From Haliotis rubra (lineage: Eukaryota), in assembly GCF_003918875.1 (NCBI RefSeq), contig NW_025767401.1:1240001-1304000 (forward strand): a stretch of 64,000 nt of DNA, written 5' to 3'. A program made the translations under genes and the position numbers. The notes beneath the pieces were generated by a model, which saw nothing but the letters and a program-made list of their open reading frames with translations, was not told the DNA's origin and searched no databases. Shown here piece by piece: positions 24,001 through 36,530 of this stretch (position 1 is the first letter of the stretch; each line of letters starts with the position of its first letter).

Positions 24001-27000
24001 CTACATCACTGTTCCTAGGCATCCCGGGTCTAATCACTATGTTACATCACTGCTCCTAGATATCCCGGGTCTAATCACTACGCTACATCACTGCTCCTAG
24101 ACATCCCGGGTCTAATCACTACCCTACACCACTGCTCCTCAACATCCCAGGTCTAATCACTAGACTACATCACTGCTCCTCGCCATCCCACGTCTAATCA
24201 CTAGACTACATCACCGCTCCTAGACATCCCAGGTCTAATCACTACGCGAGATCACCGCTCCTAGACATCCCAGGTCTAAACACTGTGCTACATCACCACT
24301 CCTAGATATTCCAGGCCTAATCACTACACTCTATCACTGCTCCTAGACATCCCGGGTCTAATCACTACGCTACATCACCGCTCCTAGACATCCCAGGTCT
24401 AGTCACTGCACCACATCACTGCTCCTAGACATACCGGGTCTAATCACTATGTTACATCACTGCTCCTAGACATCCCGTGTCTAATCACTACCCTACATCA
24501 CTGCTCCTCAACATCCCAGGCCTAATCGCTAGACTACATAACCGCTCCTCGACATCCCAGGTCTAATCACTAGACCACATCACCGCTCCTAGACATCCCA
24601 GGTCTAAACACTGTGCTACATCACCGCTCCTAGACATTCCAGGCCTAATCACTACGCTATATCACTGCTCCTAGACATCCCGGGTCTAATCACTACGCTA
24701 CATCACCGCTCCTAGACATCCCAGGTCTAATCACTGCACTACATCATAACTCCTCAACATCCCAGGTCTAATCACTACGCAACATCACTGCTCGTAGAAA
24801 TCCCAAGTCTAATCATTATGCTACATTACCGATCCTAGATATCCCAGTTCTACTCACTACACTACATCATCGCTCCTAGACATCCCAGGTCTAATCACTA
24901 TGCTACATCATCGCTTCTACACATCCTCGGTCTAATCACTACGCTATATCACCGCTCCTAGACATCCCAGGTCTAACCACTGCACTACATCATTGCTCCC
25001 ACATATCCCAGCTCAAATCACTATGCTACATTACCGCTCCTAGACATTCCAGGTCTAATCACTGCACTACGTCATTGCTCCTCGACATCCCAGGTCTAAA
25101 CACTGTGCTACATCACCGCTCCTAGACATCCCAGGTCTAATCACTATGCTACATTACCGCTCCTAGACATCCCAGGTCTAATCAGTACACTACATCATCG
25201 GTCCTCGACATCCCAGGTCTAATCACTACGCTACATCACTGCTCCTAGACATCCTGGGTCTACTCACTAAGCTACATCACCGCTCCTAGACATCCAGGGT
25301 CTAATCACTACGCTACATCACCGCTCCTAGACATCCAGGGTCTAATCACTGCATTACATCACCGTTGCTAGACATACCGGGTCTAATCACTACGCTATAT
25401 CACCGCTCCTAGACATCCCAGGTCTAATCTCTACGCTACATCACCGCTCCTAGACATCCAGGGTCTAATCACTACGCTATATCACCGCTCCTAGACATCC
25501 CAGGTCTGATCACTACGCTACATCACTGTTCCTAGACATCCCGGGTCTAATTACTATGTTACATCACTGCTCCTAGACATCCCGTGTCTAATCACTACCC
25601 TACATCACTGCTCCTCAACATCCCAGGCCTAATCACTAAACTTACATCACCGCTCCTCGACATCCCAGGTCTAATCACTAGACCACATCACCGCTCCTAG
25701 ACATCCCAGGTCTAATCACTACGCTACATCACCGCTCCTAGACATCCAGGGTCTAATCACTACGCTATATCACCGCTCCTAGACATCCCAGGTCTGATCA
25801 CTACGCTACATCACTGTTCCTAGACATCCCAGGTCTAATCACTATGCTACATTACTGCTCCTAGACATCCCAGGTCTAATCACTATACTACATCATCGCT
25901 CCTCGACATCCCAGGTCTAATCACTAAACTACATCAACGCTCCTAGACATCCCGAGTCTAATCACTAGATTACATCATCGCTTCTAGACATCCCGAGTCT
26001 AATCACTAGATTACATCATCGCACTTAGACATCCCAGGTCTGATCACTACGCTACATCACTGTTCCTAGACATCCCGGGTCTTATTACTATGTTACATCA
26101 CTGCTCCTAGACATGCCGTGTCTAATCACTACCCTACATCACTGCTCCTCAACATCCCAGGCCTAATCACTAGACTACATAACCGCTCCTCGACATCCCA
26201 GGTCTAATCACTAGACCACATCACCGCTCCTAGACATCCCAGGTCTAAACACTGTGCTACATCACCGCTCCTAGACATTCCAGGCCTAATCACTACGCTA
26301 TATCACTGCTCCTAGACATCCCGGGTCTAATCACTACGCTACATCACCGCTCCTAGACATCCCAGGTCTAATCACTGCACTACATCATAACTCCTCAACA
26401 TCCCAGGTCTAATCACTACGCAACATCACTGCTCGTAGAAATCCCAAGTCTAATCACTACGCTACATCACCGCTCCTAGACATCCCAGGTCTAATCATTA
26501 TGCTACATTACCGATCCTAGATATCCCAGTTCTACTCACTACACTACATCATCGCTCCTAGACATCCCAGGTCTAATCACTATGCTACATCATCGCTTCT
26601 ACACATCCTCGGTCTAATCACTACGCTATATCACCGCTCCTAGACATCCCAGGTCTAACCACTGCACTACATCATTGCTCCCAGATATCCCAGCTCAAAT
26701 CACTATGCTACATTACCGCTCCTAGACATTCCAGGTCTAATCACTGCACTACGTCATTGCTCCTCGACATCCCAGGTCTAAACACTGTGCTACATCACCG
26801 CTCCTAGACATCCCAGGTCTAATCACTATGCTACATTACCGCTCCTAGACATCCCAGTTCTAATCAGTACACTACATCATCGGTCCTCGACATCCCAGGT
26901 CTAATCACTACGCTACATCACTGCTCCTAGACATCCTCGGTCTACTCACTAAGCTACATCACCGTTCCTAGACATCCCAGGCCTCAATCACTACGCTATA

Positions 27001-29022
27001 TCACCGCTCCTAGACATCCCAGGTCTAATCTCTACGCTACATCACCGCTCCTAGACATCCAGGGTCTAATCACTCGATTACATCACTGCTCCTAGACATC
27101 CCGGGGCTAATCACTGCATTACATCACCGTTCCTAGACATACCGGGTCTAATCACTAGATAACATCACTGCTCCTAGACATCCCAGGCCTAATCACTACG
27201 CTACATCACTGCTCCTAAACATCCCAGGTCTAATCACTACGCTACATCACTGCTCCTAGACATACCGGGTCTAATCACTATGCTACATCACCGCTCCTAG
27301 ACATCCCAGGTCTAATCACTATGCTACGTTACTGCTCCTAGACATTCCAGGTCTAATCACTATACTACATCATCGCTCCTCGACATCCCAGGTCTAATCA
27401 CTGAACTACATCACCGCTCCTAGACATCCCGAGTCTAATCACTAGATTACATCACCGCTCCTAGACATCCCAGATCTAATCACTACGCTGATCACTACAT
27501 CATCTGCTCCTAGACATCCGGGTCTAATCACTACGCTACATCACTGCTCCTAGACATCCCGGGTCTACACTACTCCTCCTCAACATCCCAGGTTTAATCA
27601 CTAGACTACATCACCGCTCCTCGACATCCCAGGTCTAATCACTAGACTACATCACAGCTCCTAGACATCCCAGGTCTAATCACTACGCGACATCACCGCT
27701 CCTAGACATCCCAGGTCTAAACACTGTGCTACATCACCACTCCTAGACATTCAAGGCCTAATCACTACGCTCTATCACTGCTCCTAGACATCCCGGGTCT
27801 AATCACTACGCTACATCACCGCTCCTAGACATCCCAGGTCTAATCACTGCACTACATCACTGCTCCTAGACATCCCGGGTCTAATCACTATGCTACATCA
27901 CCGCTCCTAGACATCCCAGATCTAATCACTACACTACATCACCGATCCTAGACATCCCGGGTCTAATCACTACGCTATATCACTCCTCCTAGACATCCCA
28001 GGTCTGATCACTACGCTACATCACTGTTCCTAGACATCCCGGGTCTAATCACTATGTTACATCACTGCTCCTAGATATCCCGGGTCTAATCACTACGCTA
28101 CATCACTGCTCCTAGACATCCCGGGTCTAATCACTACCCTACACCACTGCTCCTCAACATCCCAGGTCTAATCACTAGACTACATCACTGCTCCTCGACA
28201 TCCCAGGTCTAATCACTAGACTACATCACCGCTCCTAGACATCCCAGGTCTAATCACTACGCGACATCACCGCTCCTAGACATCCCAGGTCTAAACACTG
28301 TGCTACATCACCACTCCTAGACATTCCAGGCCTAATCACTACGCTCTATCACTGCTCCTAGACATCCCGGGTCTAATCACTACGCTACATCACCGCTCCT
28401 AGACATCCCGGGTCTAATCACTGCGCCACATCACTGCTCCTAGACATACCGGGTCTATACACTATGCTACATCACCGCTCCTAGACATCATGGATCTAAT
28501 CACTACACTACATCACCGATCCTAGACATCCCAGGTCTAATCACTATGCTACATCACCGCTCCTAGACATCCCAGGCCTAATCACTACGCTATATCACCG
28601 CTCCGAGACATCCCAGATCTAATCACTATGCTACATTACCGCTCATAGACATCCCGGGTCTAATCCCTACACTACATAACCACTCCTAGACATCCCAGGT
28701 CCAATCACTACGCTACATCACCGCTCTTCGACATTGCGGGTCTAATCACTAGATGAGATCACTGCTCCTAGACATCCTTGGTCTATTCACTACGCTATAT
28801 CACCGCTCCTAGACATCCCAGGTCTAATCACTACGCTTCATCATCGCTCCTAGACATCCCGGGTCTAATCACTACGCTTCATCATCGCTCCTAGACATCC
28901 CGGGTCTAATCACTATGCTACATCACCGCTCCTAGACATCCCGAGTCTAATAAATAGATTACATCACCGCTCCTAGACATCCCGAGTCTAATCACTAGAT
29001 TACATCACCGCTCCTAGACATT
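18058..29022. repeat. Satellite array, 41-bp unit (subfamily I), ~265 copies, copy B intron 13
   Basis: Unit CTACATCACTGCTCCTAGACATCCCAGGTCTAATCACTACG with many variants. Confidence 0.97.
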
Positions 29023-29159
29023 AACATCACAACCCTTAAAGTCCAAGGTCAAGTTGCAACTCTACATGAACGCTGTATATAACACGGGTCTTATCACTAC
29101 TCTACATCACCGTTCCTTAACATCCGAGATCAAATGACTAGGATCCTTCAAATGCATTC

Positions 29160-31890
29160 AAATCATTGAGGTACATCACTGCTTCCAAATAACCCGAGGC
29201 TAATCATTGAGGTACATCACTACTTCTAAATAACCCGGGGCTAATCATTGAGGTACATCACCACTTCTAAATAACCCGGGGCTAATTATTGAGGTACATC
29301 ACTGCTTCTAAATAACCCGGGGCTAATCACTGAGGTACATCACTTCTTCTAAATAACCCGGGGCTAATCATTGAGGTACATCACTACTTGTAAATAACCC
29401 GGGGCTAATCATTGAGGTACATCACTACTTCTAAATAACCCGGGTGTAATCATTGAGGTACATCACTGCTTCTAAATAACCCGGGGCTAATCATTGAGGT
29501 ACACCACTGCTAGTAAATAACCCGGGTGTAATCATTGAGGTACATCACTGCTTATAAATAACCCGGGTGTAATCATTGAGGTACATCACTACTTCTAAAT
29601 AAACCGGAGCTAATCATTGAGGTACATCACTGCTTCTAAATAACCCGGGGCTAATCATTGAGGTACATCACTGCTTCTAAATAACCCGGGTGTAATCATT
29701 GAGGTACATCACTACTTCTAAATAACCCGCGGCTAATCATTGAGGTACATCACTGCTTCTAAATAACCCGGGTGTAATCATTGAGGTACATCACTGCTTC
29801 TAAATAACCGGGGCTAATCATTGAGGGTACATCACTGCTTCTAAATAACCCGGGTGTAATCATTGAGGGTACATCACTGCTTCCAAATAACCCGGGGCTA
29901 ATCATTGAGGTACATCACTACTTCTAAATAACCCGGGGCTAATCATTTGAGGGTACATCACTACTTCTAAATAACCCGGGTCTAATCATTGAGGTACATC
30001 ACTACTTCTAAATAACCCGGGTCTAATCATTGAGGTACATCACTACTTCCAAATAACCCGGGGCTAATCATTGAGGTACATCACTACTTCTAAAAAACCC
30101 GGAGCTAATCATTGAGGTACATCACTACTTCTAAATAACCCGGGGCTAATCATTGAGGTACATCACTACTTCTAAATAACCCGGGGCTAATCATTGAGGT
30201 ACATCACTGCTTCTAAATAACCCGGGGCTAATCATTGAGGTACATCACTGCTTCTAAATAACCCGGGTGTAATCATTGAGGTACATCACTGCTTCTAAAT
30301 AACCCGGGGCTAATCATTGAGGTACATCACTGCTTCTAAATAACCCGGGTGTAATCATTGAGGTACATCACTGCTTCCAAATAACCCGGGGCTAATCATT
30401 GAGGTACATCACTACTTCTAAATAACCCGGGGCTAATCATTGAGGTACATCACTACTTCTAAATAACCCGGGTCTAATCATTGAGGTACATCACTACTTC
30501 TAAATAACCCGGGTCTAATCATTGAGGTACATCACTACTTCCAAATAACCCGGGGCTAATCATTGAGGTACATCACTACTTCTAAAAAACCCGGAGCTAA
30601 TCATTGAGGTACATCACTACTTCTAAATAACCCGGGGCTAATCATTGAGGTACATCACTACTTCTAAATAACCCGGGGCTAATCATTGAGGTACATCACT
30701 ACTTCTAAATAACCCGGGGCTAATCATTGAAGTACATCACTGCTTATAAATTACCCGGGGCTAGTCATTGAGGTACATCACTACTTCTAAATAACCCTGG
30801 TGTAATCATTGAGGTACATCACTGCTTCTAAATAACCCGGGTGTAATCATTGAGGTACATCACTGCTTCTAAATAACCCGGGGCTAATCATTGAGGTACA
30901 TCACTGCTTCTAAATAACCCGGGGCTAATCATTGAGGTACATCACTACTTCTAAATAACCCGGGGCTAATCATTGAGGTACATCACTACTTCTAAATAAC
31001 CCGGGGCTAATCATTGAGGTACATCTTTGCTTCTAAATAACCCGGGGCTAATCATTGAGGTACATCACTACTTCTAAATAACCCGGGTGTAATCATTGAG
31101 GTACATCACTGCTTCTAAATAACCCGGGGCTAATCATTGAGGTACATCACTGCTTCTAAATAACCCGGTGTAATCATTGAGGTACATCACTGCTTCTAAA
31201 TAACCCGGGCTAATCATTGAGGTACATCACTGCTTCTAAATAACCCGGGGCTAATCATTGAGGTACATCACTGCTTCTAAATAACCCGGGGCTAATCATT
31301 GAGGTACATCACTGCTTCTAAATAACCCGGGGCTAATCATTGAGGTACATCACTGCTTCTAAATAACCCGGGTGTAATCATTGAGGTACATCACTGCTTC
31401 TAAATAACCCGGGGCTAATCATTGAGGTACATCACTGCTTCTAAATAACCCGGGTGTAATCAATGAGGTACATCTCTACTTCTAAATAACCCTGGTGTAA
31501 TCATTGAGGTACATCACTGCTTCTAAATAACCCGGGTGTAATCATTGAGGTACATCACTGCTTCTAAATAACCCGGGGCTAATCATTGAGGTACATCACT
31601 GCTTCTAAATAACCGGGGCTAATCATTGAGGTACATCACTGCTTCTAAATAACCGGGGCTAATCATTGAGGTACATCACTGCTTCTAAATAACCCGGGGC
31701 TAATCATTGAGGTACATCACTGCTTCTAAATAACCCGGGTGTAATCATTGAGGTACATCACTGCTTCTAAATAACCCGGGGCTAATCATTGAGGTACATC
31801 ACTACTTCTAAATAACCTGGGTGTAATCATTGAGGTACATCACTACTTCTAAATAACCCGGGACTAATCACTAGGTTGCATCACCGCTCA
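29160..31890. repeat. Satellite array, 41-bp unit (subfamily II), ~66 copies, copy B intron 13
   Basis: Unit AATCATTGAGGTACATCACTGCTTCTAAATAACCCGGGGCT, highly homogeneous. Confidence 0.97.
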
Positions 31891-31935
31891 TAGACCGCTA
31901 AGTAATATGGTTGCCCTGTGTCATCCGTGACGCAC

Positions 31936-32077
31936 CATCGAACTCATCCAGATACGGGAGAGGGAACCCCTTGGGCTGTGGTGGAGGAGGGTAGCTGCCC
32001 TTGTTTCCAGTCGTCACGGTCGTCAACGTCCAAACTTCATCCACACCGACAGAAAACGTCACTTCTCCATTGGTCAC
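31936..32077 (-). CDS. GALC: GALC copy B exon 13
   Basis: cag|VTNGEVTFSVGVDEVWTLTTVTTGNKGSYPPPPQPKGFPLPYLDEFD|gt, 142 nt. Confidence 0.93.
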
Positions 32078-32250
32078 CTGCGAGAAAAATACTCAGCGCA
32101 GCAACGGTTAATGTAACCATAAAAGTGAAATAAAAAAATATTTCCGCAAGAAACTTCTGTCGAGACGCTGTCTATATCATGAACATGTGAAACCAAAAGG
32201 TGAGCGTATCCTACTCAAGGGAAATGTGATTATATTGGAGAAAAATGTGT

Positions 32251-32420
32251 CTGGACCAGACAATCCAGTGATCAACAACACGAGCATCGATCTGCGCAAA
32301 TGGGAACCGATGACATGTGTCAACCAAGTCAGCGATCCTGACCACCCGATCCCGTTTGTCGCCTCTTACGACAAGCATGGGTTACTGAAGGCCAATATTC
32401 TAACCCGGACCTTCACGGGT
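32251..32420 (-). mobile_element. SINE family 2
   Basis: Same consensus; absent from copy C intron 12. Confidence 0.8.
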
Positions 32421-32450
32421 TTGCAAAGGTAGTAAGGTATTCTGGACCAA

Positions 32451-32570
32451 TACAGATATAAACGTAACAACGGTTTCTAGGGGGACAACGATACAGATGT
32501 AAACGTAACAACGGTTTCTAGGGGGACAACGATACAGATAAAAACGTCACAACGGTTTCTAGGGGGACAA
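32451..32570. repeat. Short tandem repeat, 41-bp unit x3
   Basis: TACAGATATAAACGTAACAACGGTTTCTAGGGGGACAACGA. Confidence 0.85.
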
Positions 32571-32612
32571 GGAACCCAGGTCTTGACGTACAAATGCTTT
32601 AACCCCTTTGGT

Positions 32613-32655
32613 CACACACACACACACACACACACACGCACGCACGCACGCACGC
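32613..32655. repeat. (CA)n/(CACG)n microsatellite
   Basis: Seen directly. Confidence 0.9.
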
Positions 32656-32682
32656 CAGAAAACGGTATCGACAATAGAGCAC

Positions 32683-32775
32683 CTTCAGGGGTTGACGTTT
32701 CTGAAAGATGACATCATCGACTCCGGGTTCAAACCCAAGCTTGGTGTACCACACCTGCAACTCTGTAATGCTCGC
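32683..32775 (-). CDS. GALC: GALC copy B exon 12
   Basis: cag|ASITELQVWYTKLGFEPGVDDVIFQKRQPLK|gt, 93 nt. Confidence 0.93.
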
Positions 32776-33384
32776 CTGGAAAGAGAGAAATGAGAATCGT
32801 CTTAACAAATATTAGGAGAGTTTATCAAGTTCATATTTTACCATATGCTCACCAACCAGTGACAATTACAAAGGATAATTCACTTGCCCCGTGAATGTTT
32901 TCGGGGTGGTTATATATATACTAGCTGTACGATTCCCTTACCATTTGAAAACCAAGGCGTGGAATAGATCATCTAGATTACTGTTTTCGGCAGGAAGTAA
33001 TTCAATAGGTATACTATTCCAGCCTAAGATTTTACCAGGAGAAAGAATCCTCTGTTACACATACACCATTGATGGAGCATGCAATAAATGTATGCGATGA
33101 CTGACCGAAATGCATTTCGCAAGAAATCGTCAATAAAAATTGTAACAAAAGTAAATGTTTACATTCGTTATGTGTAGAATATACAACTGAGGAGGGAATC
33201 GCGTCTGGCAACTGTGCAGCACAAAAATGTGTGCACCCAATGCTCATGGTTTCAGTGAAAGAAACTAATGTTTTGCGTCTTTGTTTAAGTTTATTCCGAA
33301 TTCGATTCTGTGTATGTTGGAGAACGTCTTACAGACATCTAAACTGCGTGAGAACGGAGCTCCTATATTCATCGCCATACTTAC

Positions 33385-33474
33385 GAAGCTTCCTTCAAGC
33401 TTGAAGGTGATTTCAGACGGAGTTACGTTGTATGGTTTCAGTGGAGGCCGAACACATACAGAGTGGTCGTGACT
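33385..33474 (-). CDS. GALC: GALC copy B exon 11
   Basis: tag|SHDHSVCVRPPLKPYNVTPSEITFKLEGSF|gtaagt, 90 nt. Confidence 0.93.
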
Positions 33475-34133
33475 CTAGAAGTGAAATTACAACATAATCA
33501 AAGTATATAAATTCATCTAAGAACAGACAATGATATCACAACATGCAAAGCTCTCTACTCAATTCTTATATTTGTGAAACTGCATCTTTATTAATATGAT
33601 GTTAACATTGATATTTGTCTTGCAAGATCTTAATTCATCTTAACAGAAACAATCAATCAAATCCGAAACTGGCACTTGACTAACACTAAGGTTCAATTAA
33701 AATATGTTTGTCATCATTGCATGTATTTTATGGACAACAAATGACGACTACAATTCCTATAATATCTGTCTCCTGCTGTCAGATATATTGCGACTGCCTG
33801 TAGTAACTGGCGGTACTACGGAAATGACATGCAATCTGAACTTGTCCACAAAGTCGACGTTGGTTATTACTTATGACCAGATGCTGGATACCCATTCTGA
33901 TTCAGTACCCAAATGGGTAAAGTAAAAGTCCATCTCAAAGCCCATACTCAGGCCCTACACTAGTTCTATAACCAAATGTCAGCTGTATGTGGGATGAAAG
34001 CCCAAAATTACAACAGTTTCAGGACCGCGACAACAGTTATGGTGCTCACAAACGTAGCAAAAATATCAGAGCGATTCCAGATCGAAAGCACGATCCTGGA
34101 AAGCCTATTATTTGTTGTACTTTGTTTGTTTAC

Positions 34134-34273
34134 CATAGTCTCAATGACGATAGCGTGGTGCTTCTTGTCCAGACTGATGAAACCGACGTAGCTTCCGCCA
34201 GATTGCAAATGGCCGACACCGTGGTCATGGCTAAGGTAGTACCAGCCTATCTCCGTGAACTGTGTGGNNNNNN
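34134..34273 (-). CDS. GALC: GALC copy B exon 10 (acceptor and first ~6 nt fall in the N gap; start inferred from copy C)
   Basis: [44 protein letters not shown]|gt; copy C exon is 140 nt. Confidence 0.85.
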
Positions 34274-34427
34274 NNNNNNNNNNNNNNNNNNNNNNNNNNN
34301 NNNNNNNNNNNNNNNNNNNNNNNNNNNNNNNNNNNNNNNNNNNNNNNNNNNNNNNNNNNNNNNNNNNNNNNNNNNNNNNNNNNNNNNNNNNNNNNNNNNN
34401 NNNNNNNNNNNNNNNNNNNNNNNNNNN
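34268..34427. other. Assembly gap, 160 N
   Basis: Run of N. Confidence 1.
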
Positions 34428-34926
34428 ACAGATATATCGTGCATAGAGATTATTACACATGTGTGTAGTAGAAGAATTTTATTTGACGACCATAAATCTT
34501 CTTTGTAGTTTTTATGGACATTAAACCTGAACAGTGCCATACTAACTAACACCCTAGGGCGTAAGCTCATTGGAACGTTTTTAACTGTTTATAAAATATT
34601 GTCTTTAAAAATGCAAATCTCGGATGCCATCTCAGTTTTTTTACTGGGAGAATCTCCTTGGGCTCACATTATGAGTTTCATGTCAATATCAATAATATTG
34701 GTTTATTTGTCGTGCATTAAGTACGTTTGATTAACAGTACTCTACAGAAGCAAGTTACCTGATGTACTATGTCGTGCATAGAGATTATTACAAAAGCGTG
34801 TAGAAGTACTTTGTTGGACGACCATCAGTCTTCTTTGTATTTTTATGTACATTAAATCTGAACAATCAACATACACACACAATTGCAATTACAATTGATT
34901 TACAGTTCTCTACAGAAGGCAGTTAC

Positions 34927-35051
34927 CAGTTATCCAGATAGTGCTCTCCACGACGTAGTTGCCGCTCCATGGTTCCGCCGCAGTCATCAGCCCAGCGCGG
35001 TACCACGGCAAGCCTTCGTAGTAGCTGGCGATAAGGTTCCAGGAGATTGTG
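34927..35051 (-). CDS. GALC: GALC copy B exon 9
   Basis: aag|[41 protein letters not shown]|gt, 125 nt. Confidence 0.94.
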
Positions 35052-35407
35052 CTTAAAATATGAAGATCATGGAAGATGTATGACAAAAATGGAGTTTGAG
35101 CTAATCGAAGAAAACGGCTACAGTGCGCTAAGGATAGTGTAAGGTTGTCATTGGAACTACAATAGAGAGTACCAAGTATACGTTTCACCTCTCAGCATTA
35201 CGGTTTGGACCACGGTTTATGATGACAATTTGCTCTAAACACAGTCGCGAGTACGCTAAGGATAATGTAAGGTTTTCAGTGGAACTGCAGTAGAGGGTAC
35301 TAAGTGTTTGTTTACCTATACGCCATGGCCCCCAGTTTATGATCACAATTTGCTCTCAACAGCCGCTACCTGTCATTACCAATATATAATGGGGCATAAT
35401 GTTTTAC

Positions 35408-35445
35408 CTTGTCATCAATCCATTGACGTAGTTCTGGTTGAGAAT
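35408..35445 (-). CDS. GALC: GALC copy B exon 8
   Basis: cag|ILNQNYVNGLMTS|gt, 38 nt. Confidence 0.9.
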
Positions 35446-35515
35446 CTGAAACAAGGAATACAGTTCTACAAAGTTACCACATCATCTTTATTTCGCATTT
35501 CATGAAATTTACGCT

Positions 35516-35832
35516 TAACCCCAGGTTCTCGCGATCTCCTTGATTTTCATTAGCCAATGTGATTTTGCTACGCTATACTGTCCAGCGAACCAATCAGAAT
35601 GCCAGTTTCAAACCAGGATCAAGGTGATAACAACAAGATGGCGGTCAGTCGCTTTGTTTGACGCGCCAAAGAATACCGTCAGATTGTTTCCGATATAAAC
35701 GATATTTCAAGTCCAATCCTTAACCATTGCAGTTTTCGTTATCTCAGTTTCCTTGGTGGGTAAAGTGTTCATGAATATTGAGGGGGGTGGAAGTCAGATC
35801 GCGAGAAACACGGGAATTGATCTGAGGGTTAG
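35516..35832. mobile_element. Old MITE-like insertion shared with copy C (59189-59508)
   Basis: TAACC...TCTCGCGATCT / AGATCGCGAGA...GGTTA inverted ends in both paralogs. Confidence 0.45.
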
Positions 35833-36244
35833 TCGAGATTTATCGAAATGCGAGCCGTGGCAATATAGAATTCGCAACAGACAAATTCCTGCATGGAAGT
35901 GCGCTGGTTTTGTTATAACATTCTTTGCATAATAGTCCTGCTGAAGTCATTGTAATGTAGCTCTGCTCTTGGTGATGGGCATCTTGGCGGAAGAGATCTA
36001 CCACTGATAGGGCCATGCGCAATATGATGTGACATGTAAGGACTCCGACCTGAACAACATATTGAACATTATAGAACCAATACAGTTCTATGGCAAGGTA
36101 TCCGAAGTGATCATTGGTGGCTTACAAAATCCAGTAGTCCCCAAAACTATCCAGTTGACCAGACCCTCTTCCCATCTGCCTGCTGTCGAGCAGTTTTATC
36201 ACCTCATCTCATTCCACTGTTACAACCGCCAACTTTAAACGTAC

Positions 36245-36362
36245 CCTGGCCCAGCAGCCAGCGCCGGTGTCGTTGTTGAAGGTGCTGTAGTCTTCAGATG
36301 ACCACAGCTGTTTGTTGGTCCTAAGGGCATCCAAGGTAGACAGAGTACCAGGGTAGTGTGAC
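36245..36362 (-). CDS. GALC: GALC copy B exon 7 (contains nucleophile WSSED)
   Basis: cag|[39 protein letters not shown]|gt, 118 nt. Confidence 0.94.
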
Positions 36363-36530
36363 CTGGTAAGACAAAACTCAAGTCAAAGCTTGGCACCTGA
36401 AAGCCCGAGCGGGTGCAGGTTTCAGACGGTTACTATTTTTAATCCACGATGATGGGAATAGTGCAGAGAAACCTTGAAACATCATCCGGACGACCCAGGT
36501 TTCGAGCCCACAATAACAGGTTTCTGTCGA

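Noticed and set aside
18058-31890. CRISPR-like appearance of regular ~41-bp repeats
   Set aside because: Head-to-tail monomers with no unique spacers, no cas genes, eukaryotic intron context
33987-34570. ORFs running through X residues, and apparent truncation of B exon 10
   Set aside because: Caused by the 160-N gap; not evidence of pseudogenisation
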